From assembly GCF_009914755.1 (NCBI RefSeq), contig NC_060926.1: a stretch of DNA of 64,000 nt; one strand, given 5' to 3'. Position numbers and translations under genes: made by a program. Numbering within the stretch: the first letter of the stretch is position 1; every line of letters starts with the position of its first letter. Shown here one piece after another: positions 24,854 through 36,433 of this stretch. The notes beneath the pieces are model-generated. The model saw only the letters and a list, made by a program, of their open reading frames with translations. It ran no database searches and was not told the origin of the DNA. This DNA is from the human T2T-CHM13v2.0 reference genome, Homo sapiens.

Positions 24854-25700
24854 TCTAGACAGAAGCATTCTGAGAAGCTTCATTGGGATGTTTCAATTGA
24901 AGTCACAGTGTTGAACAGTTCCTTTCATAGAACAGGTTTGAAACACTCTTTTTGTAGTATCTGGAAGTGGACATTTGGAGCGCTCTCAGGACTGCGGTGA
25001 AAAAGGAAATATCTTCCAATAAAAGCTACATAGAAGCAATGTCAGAAACTTTTTCATGATGTATCTACTCAGCTAACAGAGTTGAACCTTTCCTTTCAGA
25101 GAGCAGTTTTGAAACACTCTTTTTGTGGAATCTGCAAGTGGATATTTGTCTAGCTTTGAGGATTTCGTTGGAAACGGGATTACATATAAAAAGCAGACAG
25201 CAGCATTCCCAGAAACTTCTTTGTGATGTTTGCATTCACGTCACAGAGTTGAACATTCCCTTTCATAGAGCAGGTTTGAAACACTCTTTTTGTAGTATCT
25301 GGATGTGGACATTTGGAGCGCTTTCAGGCCTATGGTGAAAAAGGAAATATCTTCCAATAAAAGCTACATAGAAGCAATGTCAGAAACTTTTTCATGATGT
25401 ATCTACTCAGCTAACAGAGTTGAACCTTTCTTTTGAGAGAGCAGTTTTGAAACACTCTTTTTGTGGAATCTGGAAGTGGATATTTGTCTAGCTTTGAGGA
25501 TTTCGTTGGAAACGGGATTACATATAAAAAGCAGACAGCAGCATTCCCAGTAACTTCTTTGTGATGTTTGCATTCAAGTCACAGAGTTGAACATTCCCTT
25601 TCATAGAGCAGGTTTGAAACACTCTTTTTGTAATATCTGCAAGAGGATATTTGGATAGCTTTGAGGAATTCGTTGGAAACGGGATTGTCTTCATATAAAC
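24854..25700 (+). repeat. Odd-numbered 5-mer HOR variant (847 bp) with hybrid c/d monomer, copy 1
   Basis: XbaI sites at 24854 and 25701. A c-type head switches to a d-type tail within 25613-25632. Confidence 0.92.
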
Positions 25701-28074
25701 TCTAGACAGAAGCATTCTCAGAAGCTTCATTGGGATGTTTCAATTGAAGTTGCAGTGTTGAACAGTCCCTTTCATAGAGCAGGTTTGAAACACTCTTTTT
25801 GTAGTATCTGGATGTGGACATTTGGAGCGCTTTCAGGCCTATGGTTTAAAAGGAAATATCTTCCCCTGAAAACTAGACAGAAGCATTCTCAGAAACTTAT
25901 TTGTGATGTGCGCCCTCAACTAAGAGTGTTGAAGCATTCTTTTGATAGAGCAGTTTTGAAACACTCTTTTTGTGGAATCTGCAAGTGGATATTTGTCTAG
26001 CTTTGAGGATTTCGTTGGAAACGGGATTACATATAAAAAGCAGACAGCAGCATTCCCAGAAACTTCTTTGTGATGTTTGCATTCACGTCACAGAGTTGAA
26101 CATTCCCTTTCATAGAGCAGGTTTGAAACACTCTTTTTGTAGTATCTGGATGTGGACATTTGGAGCGCTTTCAGGCCTATGGTGAAAAAGGAAATATCTT
26201 CCCCTGAAAACTAGACAGAAGCATTCTCAGAAACTTATTTGTGATGTGCGCCCTCAACTAACAGTGTTGAAGCTTTCTTTTGATAGAGCAGTTTTGAAAC
26301 ACTCTTTTTGTAATATCTGCAAGAGGATATTTGTCTAGCTTTGAGGATTTCGTTGGAAACGGGATTACATATAAAAAGCAGACAGCAGCATTCCCAGAAT
26401 CTTGTTTGTGATGTTTGCATTCAAGTCACAGAGTTGAACATTCCCTTTCAGAGAGCAGGTTTGAAACACTCTTTTTATAGTATCTGGATGTGGACATTTG
26501 GAGCGCTTTCAGGCCTATGGTGAAAAAGGAAATATCTTCTCCTGAAAACTAGACAGAAGCATTCTCAGAATGTTATTTGTGATGTGCGCCCTCAACTAAC
26601 AGTGTTGAAGCTTTCTTTTGATAGAGCAGTTTTGAAACACTCTTTTCGTAAAATCTGCAAGAGGATATTTGGATAGCTTTGAGGATTTCGTTGGAAACGG
26701 GATTGTCTTCATATAAACTCTAGACAGAAGCATTCTCAGAAGCTTCATTGGGATGTTTCAATTGAAGTCACAGTGTTGAACAGTCCCTTTCATAGAGCAG
26801 GTTTGAAACACTCTTTTTGTAGTATCTGGAAGTGGACATTTGGAACGCTCTCAGGACTGCGTTGAAAAAGGAAATATCTTCCAATAAAAGCTAGATAGAA
26901 GCAATGTCAGAAACTTTTTCATGATGTATCTACTCAGCTAACAGAGTTGAACCTTCATTTGAGAGAGCAGTTTTGAAACACTCGTTTTGTGGAATCTGCA
27001 AGTGGATATTTGTCTAGCTTTGAGGATTTCGTTGGAAACGGGATTACATATAAAAAGCAGACAGCAGCATTCCCAGAAACTTCTTTGTGATGTTTGCATT
27101 CAAGTCACAGAGTTGAACATTCCCTTTCATAGAGCAGGTTTGAAACACTCTTTTTGTAGTATCTGGATGTGGACATTTGCAGCGCTTTCAGGCATAAGGT
27201 GAAAAAGGAAATATCTTCCCCTGAAAACTAGACAGAAGCATTCTCAGAAACTTATTTGTGATGTGCGCCCTCAACTAACAGTGTTGAACCTTTCTTTTGA
27301 TAGAGCAGTTTTGAAACACTCTTTTTGTAATATCTGCAAGAGGATATTTGGATAGCATTGAGGATTTCTTTGGAAACGGGATTGTCTTCATATAAACTCT
27401 AGACAGAAGCATTCTCAGAAGCTTCATTGGGATGTTTCAATTGAAGTCACAGTGTTGAACAGTCCCTTTCATAGAGCAGGTTTGAAACACTCTTTTTGTA
27501 GTATCTGGAAGTGGACATTTGGAGAGATCTCAGGAATACGGTGATAAAGGAAATATCTTCCAATAAAAGCTAGATAGAAGCAATGTCAGAAACTTTTTCA
27601 TGATGTATCTACTCAGCTAACAGAGTTGAACCTTCCTTTGAGAGAGCAGTTTTGAAACACTCTTTTTGTGGAATCTGCAAGTGGATATTTGTCTAGCTTT
27701 GAGGATTTCGTTGGAAACGGGTTACATATAAAAAGCAGACAGCAGCATTCCCAGAAACTTCTTTGTGTTGTTTGCATTCAAGTCACAGAGTTGAAGATTC
27801 CCTTTCATAGAGCAGGTTTGAAACACTCTTTTTGTAGTATCTGGATGTGGACATTTGCAGCGCTTTCAGGCCTAAGGTGAAAAAGGAAATATCTTCCCCT
27901 GAAAACTAGACAGAAGCATTCTCAGAAACTTATTTGTGATGTGCGCCCTCAACTAACAGTGTTGAAGCTTTCTTTTGATAGAGCAGTTTTGAAACACTCT
28001 TTTTGTAATATCTGCAAGAGGATATTTGGATAGCTTTGAGGATTTCGTTGGAAACGGGATTGTCTTCATATAAA

Positions 28075-31000
28075 CTCTAGACAGAAGCATTCTCAGAAGC
28101 TTCATTGGGATGTTTCAATTGAAGTTACAGTGTTGAACAGTCCCTTTCATAGAGCAGGTTTGAAACACTCTTTTTGTAGTATCTGGATGTGGACATTTGG
28201 AGCGCTTTCAGGCCTATGGTTTAAAAGGAAATATCTTCCCCTGAAAACTAGACAGAAGCATTCTCAGAAACTTATTTGTGATGTGCGCCCTCAACTAACG
28301 GTGTTGAACCTTTCTTTTGATACAGCAGTTTTGAAACACTCTTTTTGTAATATCTGCAAGAGGATATTTGGATAGCTTTGACGATTTCGTTGGAAACGGG
28401 ATTAATTATAAAAAGCCGACAGCAGCATTCCCAGAATCTTGTTTGTGATGTTTGCATTCAAGTCACAGAGTTGAACATTCCCTTTCAGAGAGCAGGTTTG
28501 AAACACTCTTTTTATAGTATCTGGATGTGGACATTTGGAGCGCTTTCAGGCCTATGGTGAAAAAGGAAATATCTTCTCCTGAAAACTAGACAGAAGCTTT
28601 CTCAGAATCTTATTTGTGATGTGCGCCCTCAACTAACAGTGTTGAAGCTTTCTTTTGATAGAGCAGTTTTGAAACACTCTTTTTGTAAAATCTGCAAGAG
28701 GATATTTGGATAGCTTTGAGGATTTCGTTGGAAACGGGATTGTCTTCATATAAACTCTAGACAGAAGCATTCTCAGAAGCTTCATTGGGATGTTTCAATT
28801 GAAGTCACAGTGTTGAACAGTCCCTTTCATAGAGCAGGTTTGAAACACTCTTTTTGTAGTATCTGGAAGTGGACATTTGGAGAGATCTCAGGAATACGGT
28901 GATAAAGGAAATATCTTCCAATAAAAGCTAGATAGAAGCAATGTCAGAAACTTTTTCATGATGTATCTACTCAGCTAACAGAGTTGAACCTTTCTTTTGA
29001 GAGAGCAGTTTTGAAACACTCTTTTTGTGGAATCTGCAAGTGGATATTTGTCTAGCTTTGAGGATTTCGTTGGAAACGGGATTACATATAAAAAGCAGAC
29101 AGCAGCATTCCCAGTAACTTCTTTGTGATGTTTGCATTCAAGTCACAGAGTTGAACATTCCCTTTCATAGAGCAGGTTTGAAACACTTTTTTTGTAGTAT
29201 CTGGATGTGGACATTTGGAGCGCTTTCAGGCCTATGGTGAAAAAGGAAATATCTTCCCCAGAAAACTAGACAGAAGCATTCTCAGAATCTTATTTGTGAT
29301 GTGCGCCCTCAACTAACAGTGTTGAAGCTTTCTTTTGATAGAGCAGTTTTGAAACACACTTTTCGTAAAATCTGCAAGAGGATATTTTGATAGCTTTGAG
29401 GATTTCGTTGGAAACGGGATTGTCTTCATATAAACTCTAGACAGAAGCATTCTCAGAAGCTTCATTGGGATGTTTCAATTAAAGTCACAGTGTTGAACAG
29501 TCCCTTTCATAGAGCAGGTTTGAAACACTCTTTTTGTAGTATCTGGAAGTGGACATTTGGAGCGCTCTCAGGACTGCGGTGAAAAAGGAAATATCTTCCA
29601 ATAAAAGCTAGATAGAAGCAATGTCAGAAACTTTTTCATGATGTATCTACTCAGCTAACAGAGTTGAACCTTCCTTTGAGAGAGCAGTTTTGAAACACTC
29701 TTTTTGTGGAATCTGCAAGTGGATATTTGTCTAGCTTTGAGGATTTCGTTGGAAACGGGTTACATATAAAAAGCAGACAGCAGCATTCCCAGAAACTTCT
29801 TTGTGTTGTTTGCATTCAAGTCACAGAGTTGAACATTCCCTTTCATAGAGCAGGTTTGAAACACTCTTTTTGTAGTATCTGGATGTGGACATTTGCAGCG
29901 CTTTCAGGCCTAAGGTGAAAAAGGAAATATCTTCCCCTGAAAACTAGACAGAAGCATTCTCAGAAACTTATTTGTGATGTGCGCCCTCAACTAACAGTGT
30001 TGAAGCTTTCTTTTGATAGAGCAGTTTTGAAACACTCTTTTTGTAATATCTGCAAGAGGATATTTGGATAGCTTTGAGGATTTCGTTGGAAACCGGATTG
30101 TCTTCATATAAACTCTAGACAGAAGCATTCTCAGAAGCTTCATTGGGATGTTTCAATTGAAGTTACAGTGTTGAACAGTCCCTTTCATAGAGCAGGTTTG
30201 AAACACTCTTTTTGTAGTATCTGGATGTGGACATTTGGAGCGCTTTCAGGCCTATGGTTTAAAAGGAAATATCTTCCCCTGAAAACTAGACAGAAGCATT
30301 CTCAGAAACTTATTTGTGATGTGCGCCCTCAACTAACGGTGTTGAACCTTTCTTTTGATACAGCAGTTTTGAAACACTCTTTTTGTAATATCTGCAAGAG
30401 GATATTTGGATAGCTTTGACGATTTCGTTGGAAACGGGATTAATTATAAAAAGCCGACAGCAGCATTCCCAGAATCTTGTTTGTGATGTTTGCATTCAAG
30501 TCACAGAGTTGAACATTCCCTTTCAGAGAGCAGGTTTGAAACACTCTTTTTATAGTATCTGGATGTGGACATTTGGAGCGCTTTCAGGCCTATGGTGAAA
30601 AAGGAAATATCTTCTCCTGAAAACTAGACAGAAGCTTTCTCAGAATCTTATTTGTGATGTGCGCCCTCAACTAACAGTGTTGAAGCTTTCTTTTGATAGA
30701 GCAGTTTTGAAACACTCTTTTTGTAAAATCTGCAAGAGGATATTTGGATAGCTTTGAGGATTTCGTTGGAAACGGGATTGTCTTCATATAAACTCTAGAC
30801 AGAAGCATTCTCAGAAGCTTCATTGGGATGTTTCAATTGAAGTCACAGTGTTGAACAGTCCCTTTCATAGAGCAGGTTTGAAACACTCTTTTTGTAGTAT
30901 CTGGAAGTGGACATTTGGAGAGATCTCAGGAATACGGTGATAAAGGAAATATCTTCCAATAAAAGCTAGATAGAAGCAATGTCAGAAACTTTTTCATGAT

Positions 31001-34000
31001 GTATCTACTCAGCTAACAGAGTTGAACCTTTCTTTTGAGAGAGCAGTTTTGAAACACTCTTTTTGTGGAATCTGCAAGTGGATATTTGTCTAGCTTTGAG
31101 GATTTCGTTGGAAACGGGATTACATATAAAAAGCAGACAGCAGCATTCCCAGTAACTTCTTTGTGATGTTTGCATTCAAGTCACAGAGTTGAACATTCCC
31201 TTTCATAGAGCAGGTTTGAAACACTTTTTTTGTAGTATCTGGATGTGGACATTTGGAGCGCTTTCAGGCCTATGGTGAAAAAGGAAATATCTTCCCCAGA
31301 AAACTAGACAGAAGCATTCTCAGAATCTTATTTGTGATGTGCGCCCTCAACTAACAGTGTTGAAGCTTTCTTTTGATAGAGCAGTTTTGAAACACACTTT
31401 TCGTAAAATCTGCAAGAGGATATTTTGATAGCTTTGAGGATTTCGTTGGAAACGGGATTGTCTTCATATAAACTCTAGACAGAAGCATTCTCAGAAGCTT
31501 CATTGGGATGTTTCAATTAAAGTCACAGTGTTGAACAGTCCCTTTCATAGAGCAGGTTTGAAACACTCTTTTTGTAGTATCTGGAAGTGGACATTTGGAG
31601 CGCTCTCAGGACTGCGGTGAAAAAGGAAATATCTTCCAATAAAAGCTAGATAGAAGCAATGTCAGAAACTTTTTCATGATGTATCTACTCAGCTAACAGA
31701 GTTGAACCTTCCTTTGAGAGAGCAGTTTTGAAACACTCTTTTTGTGGAATCTGCAAGTGGATATTTGTCTAGCTTTGAGGATTTCGTTGGAAACGGGTTA
31801 CATATAAAAAGCAGACAGCAGCATTCCCAGAAACTTCTTTGTGTTGTTTGCATTCAAGTCACAGAGTTGAACATTCCCTTTCATAGAGCAGGTTTGAAAC
31901 ACTCTTTTTGTAGTATCTGGATGTGGACATTTGCAGCGCTTTCAGGCCTAAGGTGAAAAAGGAAATATCTTCCCCTGAAAACTAGACAGAAGCATTCTCA
32001 GAAACTTATTTGTGATGTGCGCCCTCAACTAACAGTGTTGAAGCTTTCTTTTGATAGAGCAGTTTTGAAACACTCTTTTTGTAATATCTGCAAGAGGATA
32101 TTTGGATAGCTTTGAGGATTTCGTTGGAAACCGGATTGTCTTCATATAAACTCTAGACAGAAGCATTCTCAGAAGCTTCATTGGGATGTTTCAATTGAAG
32201 TTACAGTGTTGAACAGTCCCTTTCATAGAGCAGGTTTGAAACACTCTTTTTGTAGTATCTGGATGTGGACATTTGGAGCGCTTTCAGGCCTATGGTTTAA
32301 AAGGAAATATCTTCCCCTGAAAACTAGACAGAAGCATTCTCAGAAACTTATTTGTGATGTGCGCCCTCAACTAACGGTGTTGAACCTTTCTTTTGATACA
32401 GCAGTTTTGAAACACTCTTTTTGTAATATCTGCAAGAGGATATTTGGATAGCTTTGATGATTTCGTTGGAAACGGGATTAATTATAAAAAGCCGACAGCA
32501 GCATTCCCAGAATCTTGTTTGTGATGTTTGCATTCAAGTCACAGAGTTGAACATTCCCTTTCAGAGAGCAGGTTTGAAACACTCTTTTTATAGTATCTGG
32601 ATGTGGACATTTGGAGCGCTTTCAGGCCTATGGTGAAAAAGGAAATATCTTCTCCTGAAAACTAGACAGAAGCTTTCTCAGAATCTTATTTGTGATGTGC
32701 GCCCTCAACTAACAGTGTTGAAGCTTTCTTTTGATAGAGCAGTTTTGAAACACTCTTTTTGTAAAATCTGCAAGAGGATATTTGGATAGCTTTGAGGATT
32801 TCGTTGGAAACGGGATTGTCTTCATATAAACTCTAGACAGAAGCATTCTCAGAAGCTTCATTGGGATGTTTCAATTGAAGTCACAGTGTTGAACAGTCCC
32901 TTTCATAGAGCAGGTTTGAAACACTCTTTTTGTAGTATCTGGAAGTGGACATTTGGAGAGATCTCAGGAATACGGTGATAAAGGAAATATCTTCCAATAA
33001 AAGCTAGATAGAAGCAATGTCAGAAACTTTTTCATGATGTATCTACTCAGCTAACAGAGTTGAACCTTTCTTTTGAGAGAGCAGTTTTGAAACACTCTTT
33101 TTGTGGAATCTGCAAGTGGATATTTGTCTAGCTTTGAGGATTTCGTTGGAAACGGGATTACATATAAAAAGCAGACAGCAGCATTCCCAGTAACTTCTTT
33201 GTGATGTTTGCATTCAAGTCACAGAGTTGAACATTCCCTTTCATAGAGCAGGTTTGAAACACTTTTTTTGTAGTATCTGGATGTGGACATTTGGAGCGCT
33301 TTCAGGCCTATGGTGAAAAAGGAAATATCTTCCCCAGAAAACTAGACAGAAGCATTCTCAGAATCTTATTTGTGATGTGCGCCCTCAACTAACAGTGTTG
33401 AAGCTTTCTTTTGATAGAGCAGTTTTGAAACACACTTTTCGTAAAATCTGCAAGAGGATATTTTGATAGCTTTGAGGATTTCGTTGGAAACGGGATTGTC
33501 TTCATATAAACTCTAGACAGAAGCATTCTCAGAAGCTTCATTGGGATGTTTCAATTAAAGTCACAGTGTTGAACAGTCCCTTTCATAGAGCAGGTTTGAA
33601 ACACTCTTTTTGTAGTATCTGGAAGTGGACATTTGGAGCGCTCTCAGGACTGCGGTGAAAAAGGAAATATCTTCCAATAAAAGCTAGATAGAAGCAATGT
33701 CAGAAACTTTTTCATGATGTATCTACTCAGCTAACAGAGTTGAACCTTCCTTTGAGAGAGCAGTTTTGAAACACTCTTTTTGTGGAATCTGCAAGTGGAT
33801 ATTTGTCTAGCTTTGAGGATTTCGTTGGAAACGGGTTACATATAAAAAGCAGACAGCAGCATTCCCAGAAACTTCTTTGTGTTGTTTGCATTCAAGTCAC
33901 AGAGTTGAACATTCCCTTTCATAGAGCAGGTTTGAAACACTCTTTTTGTAGTATCTGGATGTGGACATTTGCAGCGCTTTCAGGCCTAAGGTGAAAAAGG

Positions 34001-34188
34001 AAATATCTTCCCCTGAAAACTAGACAGAAGCATTCTCAGAAACTTATTTGTGATGTGCGCCCTCAACTAACAGTGTTGAAGCTTTCTTTTGATAGAGCAG
34101 TTTTGAAACACTCTTTTTGTAAAATCTGCAAGAGGATATTTGGATAGCTTTGAGGATTTCGTTGGAAACGGGATTGTCTTCATATAAA
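28075..34188 (+). repeat. Three tandem copies of a 2038 bp 12-mer (approximate ends)
   Basis: ORF markers 28130/30168/32206 and 29706/31744/33782 are spaced by exactly 2038. Confidence 0.9.
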
Positions 34189-34399
34189 CTCTAGACAGAA
34201 GCATTCTCAGAAGCTTCATTGGGATGTTTCAATTGAAGTCACAGTGTTGAACAGTCCTTTCATAGAGCAGGTTTGAAACACTCTTTTTGTAGTATCTGGA
34301 AGTGGACATTTGGAACGCTCTCAGGACTGCGGTGAAAAAGGAAATATCTTCCAATAAAAGCTAGATAGAAGCAATGTCAGAAACTTTTTCATGATGTAT

Positions 34400-36433
34400 C
34401 TACTCAGCTAACAGAGTTGAACCTTCATTTGAGAGAGCAGTTTTGAAACACTCGTTTTGTGGAATCTGCAAGTGGATATTTGTCTAGCTTTGAGGATTTC
34501 GTTGGAAACGGGATTACATATAAAAAGCAGACAGCAGCATTCCCAGAAACTTCTTTGTGATGTTTGCATTCAAGTCACAGAGTTGAACATTCCCTTTCAT
34601 AGAGCAGGTTTGAAACACTCTTTTTGTAGTATCTGGATGTGGACATTTGCAGCGCTTTCAGGCCAAAGGTGAAAAAGGAAATATCTTCCCCTGAAAACTA
34701 GACAGAAGCATTCTCAGAAACTTATTTGTGATGTGCGCCCTCAACTAACAGTGTTGAAGCTTTCTTTTGATAGAGCAGTTTTGAAACACTCTTTTTGTAA
34801 TATCTGCAAGAGGATATTTGGATAGCTTTGAGGATTTCGTTGGAAACGGGATTAATTATAAAAAGCAGACAGCAGCATTCCCAGAATCTTGTTTGTGATG
34901 TTTGCATTCAAGTCACAGAGTTGAACATTCCCTTTCAGAGAGCAGGTTTGAAACACTCTTTTTATAGTATCTGGATGTGGACATTTGGAGCGCTTTCAGG
35001 CCTATGGTGAAAAAGGAAATATCTTCTCCTGAAAACTAGACAGAAGCATTCTCAGAATCTTATTGGTGATGTGCGCCCTCAACTAACAGTGTTGAAGCTT
35101 TCTTTTGATAGAGCAGTTTTGAAACACTCTTTTCGTAAAATCTGCAAGAGGATATTTGGATAGCTTTGAGGATTTCGTTGGAAACGGGATTGTCTTCATA
35201 TAAACTCTAGACAGAAGCATTCTCAGAAGCGTCATTGGGATGTTTCAATTGAAGTCACAGTGTTGAACAGTCCCTTTCATAGAGCAGGTTTGAAACACTC
35301 TTTTTGTAGTATCTGGAAGTGGACATTAGGAACGCTCTCAGGACTGCGTTGAAAAAGGAAATATCTTCCAATAAAAGCTAGATAGAAGCAATGTCAGAAA
35401 CTTTTTCATGATGTATCTACTCAGCTAACAGAGTTGAACCTTCATTTGAGAGAGCAGTTTTGAAACACTCGTTTTGTGGAATCTGCAAGTGGATATTTGT
35501 CTAGCTTTGAGGATTTCGTTGGAAACGGGATTACATATAAAAAGCAGACAGCAGCATTCCCAGAAACTTCTTTGTGATGTTTGCATTCAAGTCACAGAGT
35601 TGAACATTCCCTTTCATAGAGCAGGTTTGAAACACTCTTTTTGTAGTATCTGGATGTGGACATTTGCAGCGCTTTCAGGCCAAAGGTGAAAAAGGAAATA
35701 TCTTCCCCTGAAAACTAGACAGAAGCATTCTCAGAAACTTATTTGTGATGTGCGCCCTCAACTAACAGTGTTGAAGCTTTCTTTTGATAGAGCAGTTTTG
35801 AAACACTCTTTTTGTAATATCTGCAAGAGGATATTTGGATAGCTTTGAGGATTTCGTTGGAAACGGGATTAATTATAAAAAGCAGACAGCAGCATTCCCA
35901 GAATCTTGTTTGTGATGTTTGCATTCAAGTCACAGAGTTGAACATTCCCTTTCAGAGAGCAGGTTTGAAACACTCTTTTTATAGTATCTGGATGTGGACA
36001 TTTGGAGCGCTTTCAGGCCTATGGTGAAAAAGGAAATATCTTCTCCTGAAAACTAGACAGAAGCATTCTCAGAATCTTATTGGTGATGTGCGCCCTCAAC
36101 TAACAGTGTTGAAGCTTTCTTTTGATAGAGCAGTTTTGAAACACTCTTTTCGTAAAATCTGCAAGAGGATATTTGGATAGCTTTGAGGATTTCGTTGGAA
36201 ACGGGATTGTCTTCATATAAACTCTAGACAGAAGCATTCTCAGAAGCGTCATTGGGATGTTTCAATTGAAGTCACAGTGTTGAACAGTCCCTTTCATAGA
36301 GCAGGTTTGAAACACTCTTTTTGTAGTATCTGGAAGTGGACATTAGGAACGCTCTCAGGACTGCGTTGAAAAAGGAAATATCTTCCAATAAAAGCTAGAT
36401 AGAAGCAATGTCAGAAACTTTTTCATGATGTAT
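34400..36433 (+). repeat. Tandem duplication of a 1017 bp 6-mer (start lies within 34333-34664)
   Basis: Markers 34457/35474 and 34828/35845. The variants GGCCAAAGG, TTATTGGTG and AGCGTCATT occur in both copies. Confidence 0.88.

Noticed and set aside
25518-25730. Distinct minus-strand ORF MKLLRMLLSRVY..., also at 51817-52029
   Set aside because: It exists only because the c/d hybrid junction removes stop codons. It marks the deletion and is not a gene.
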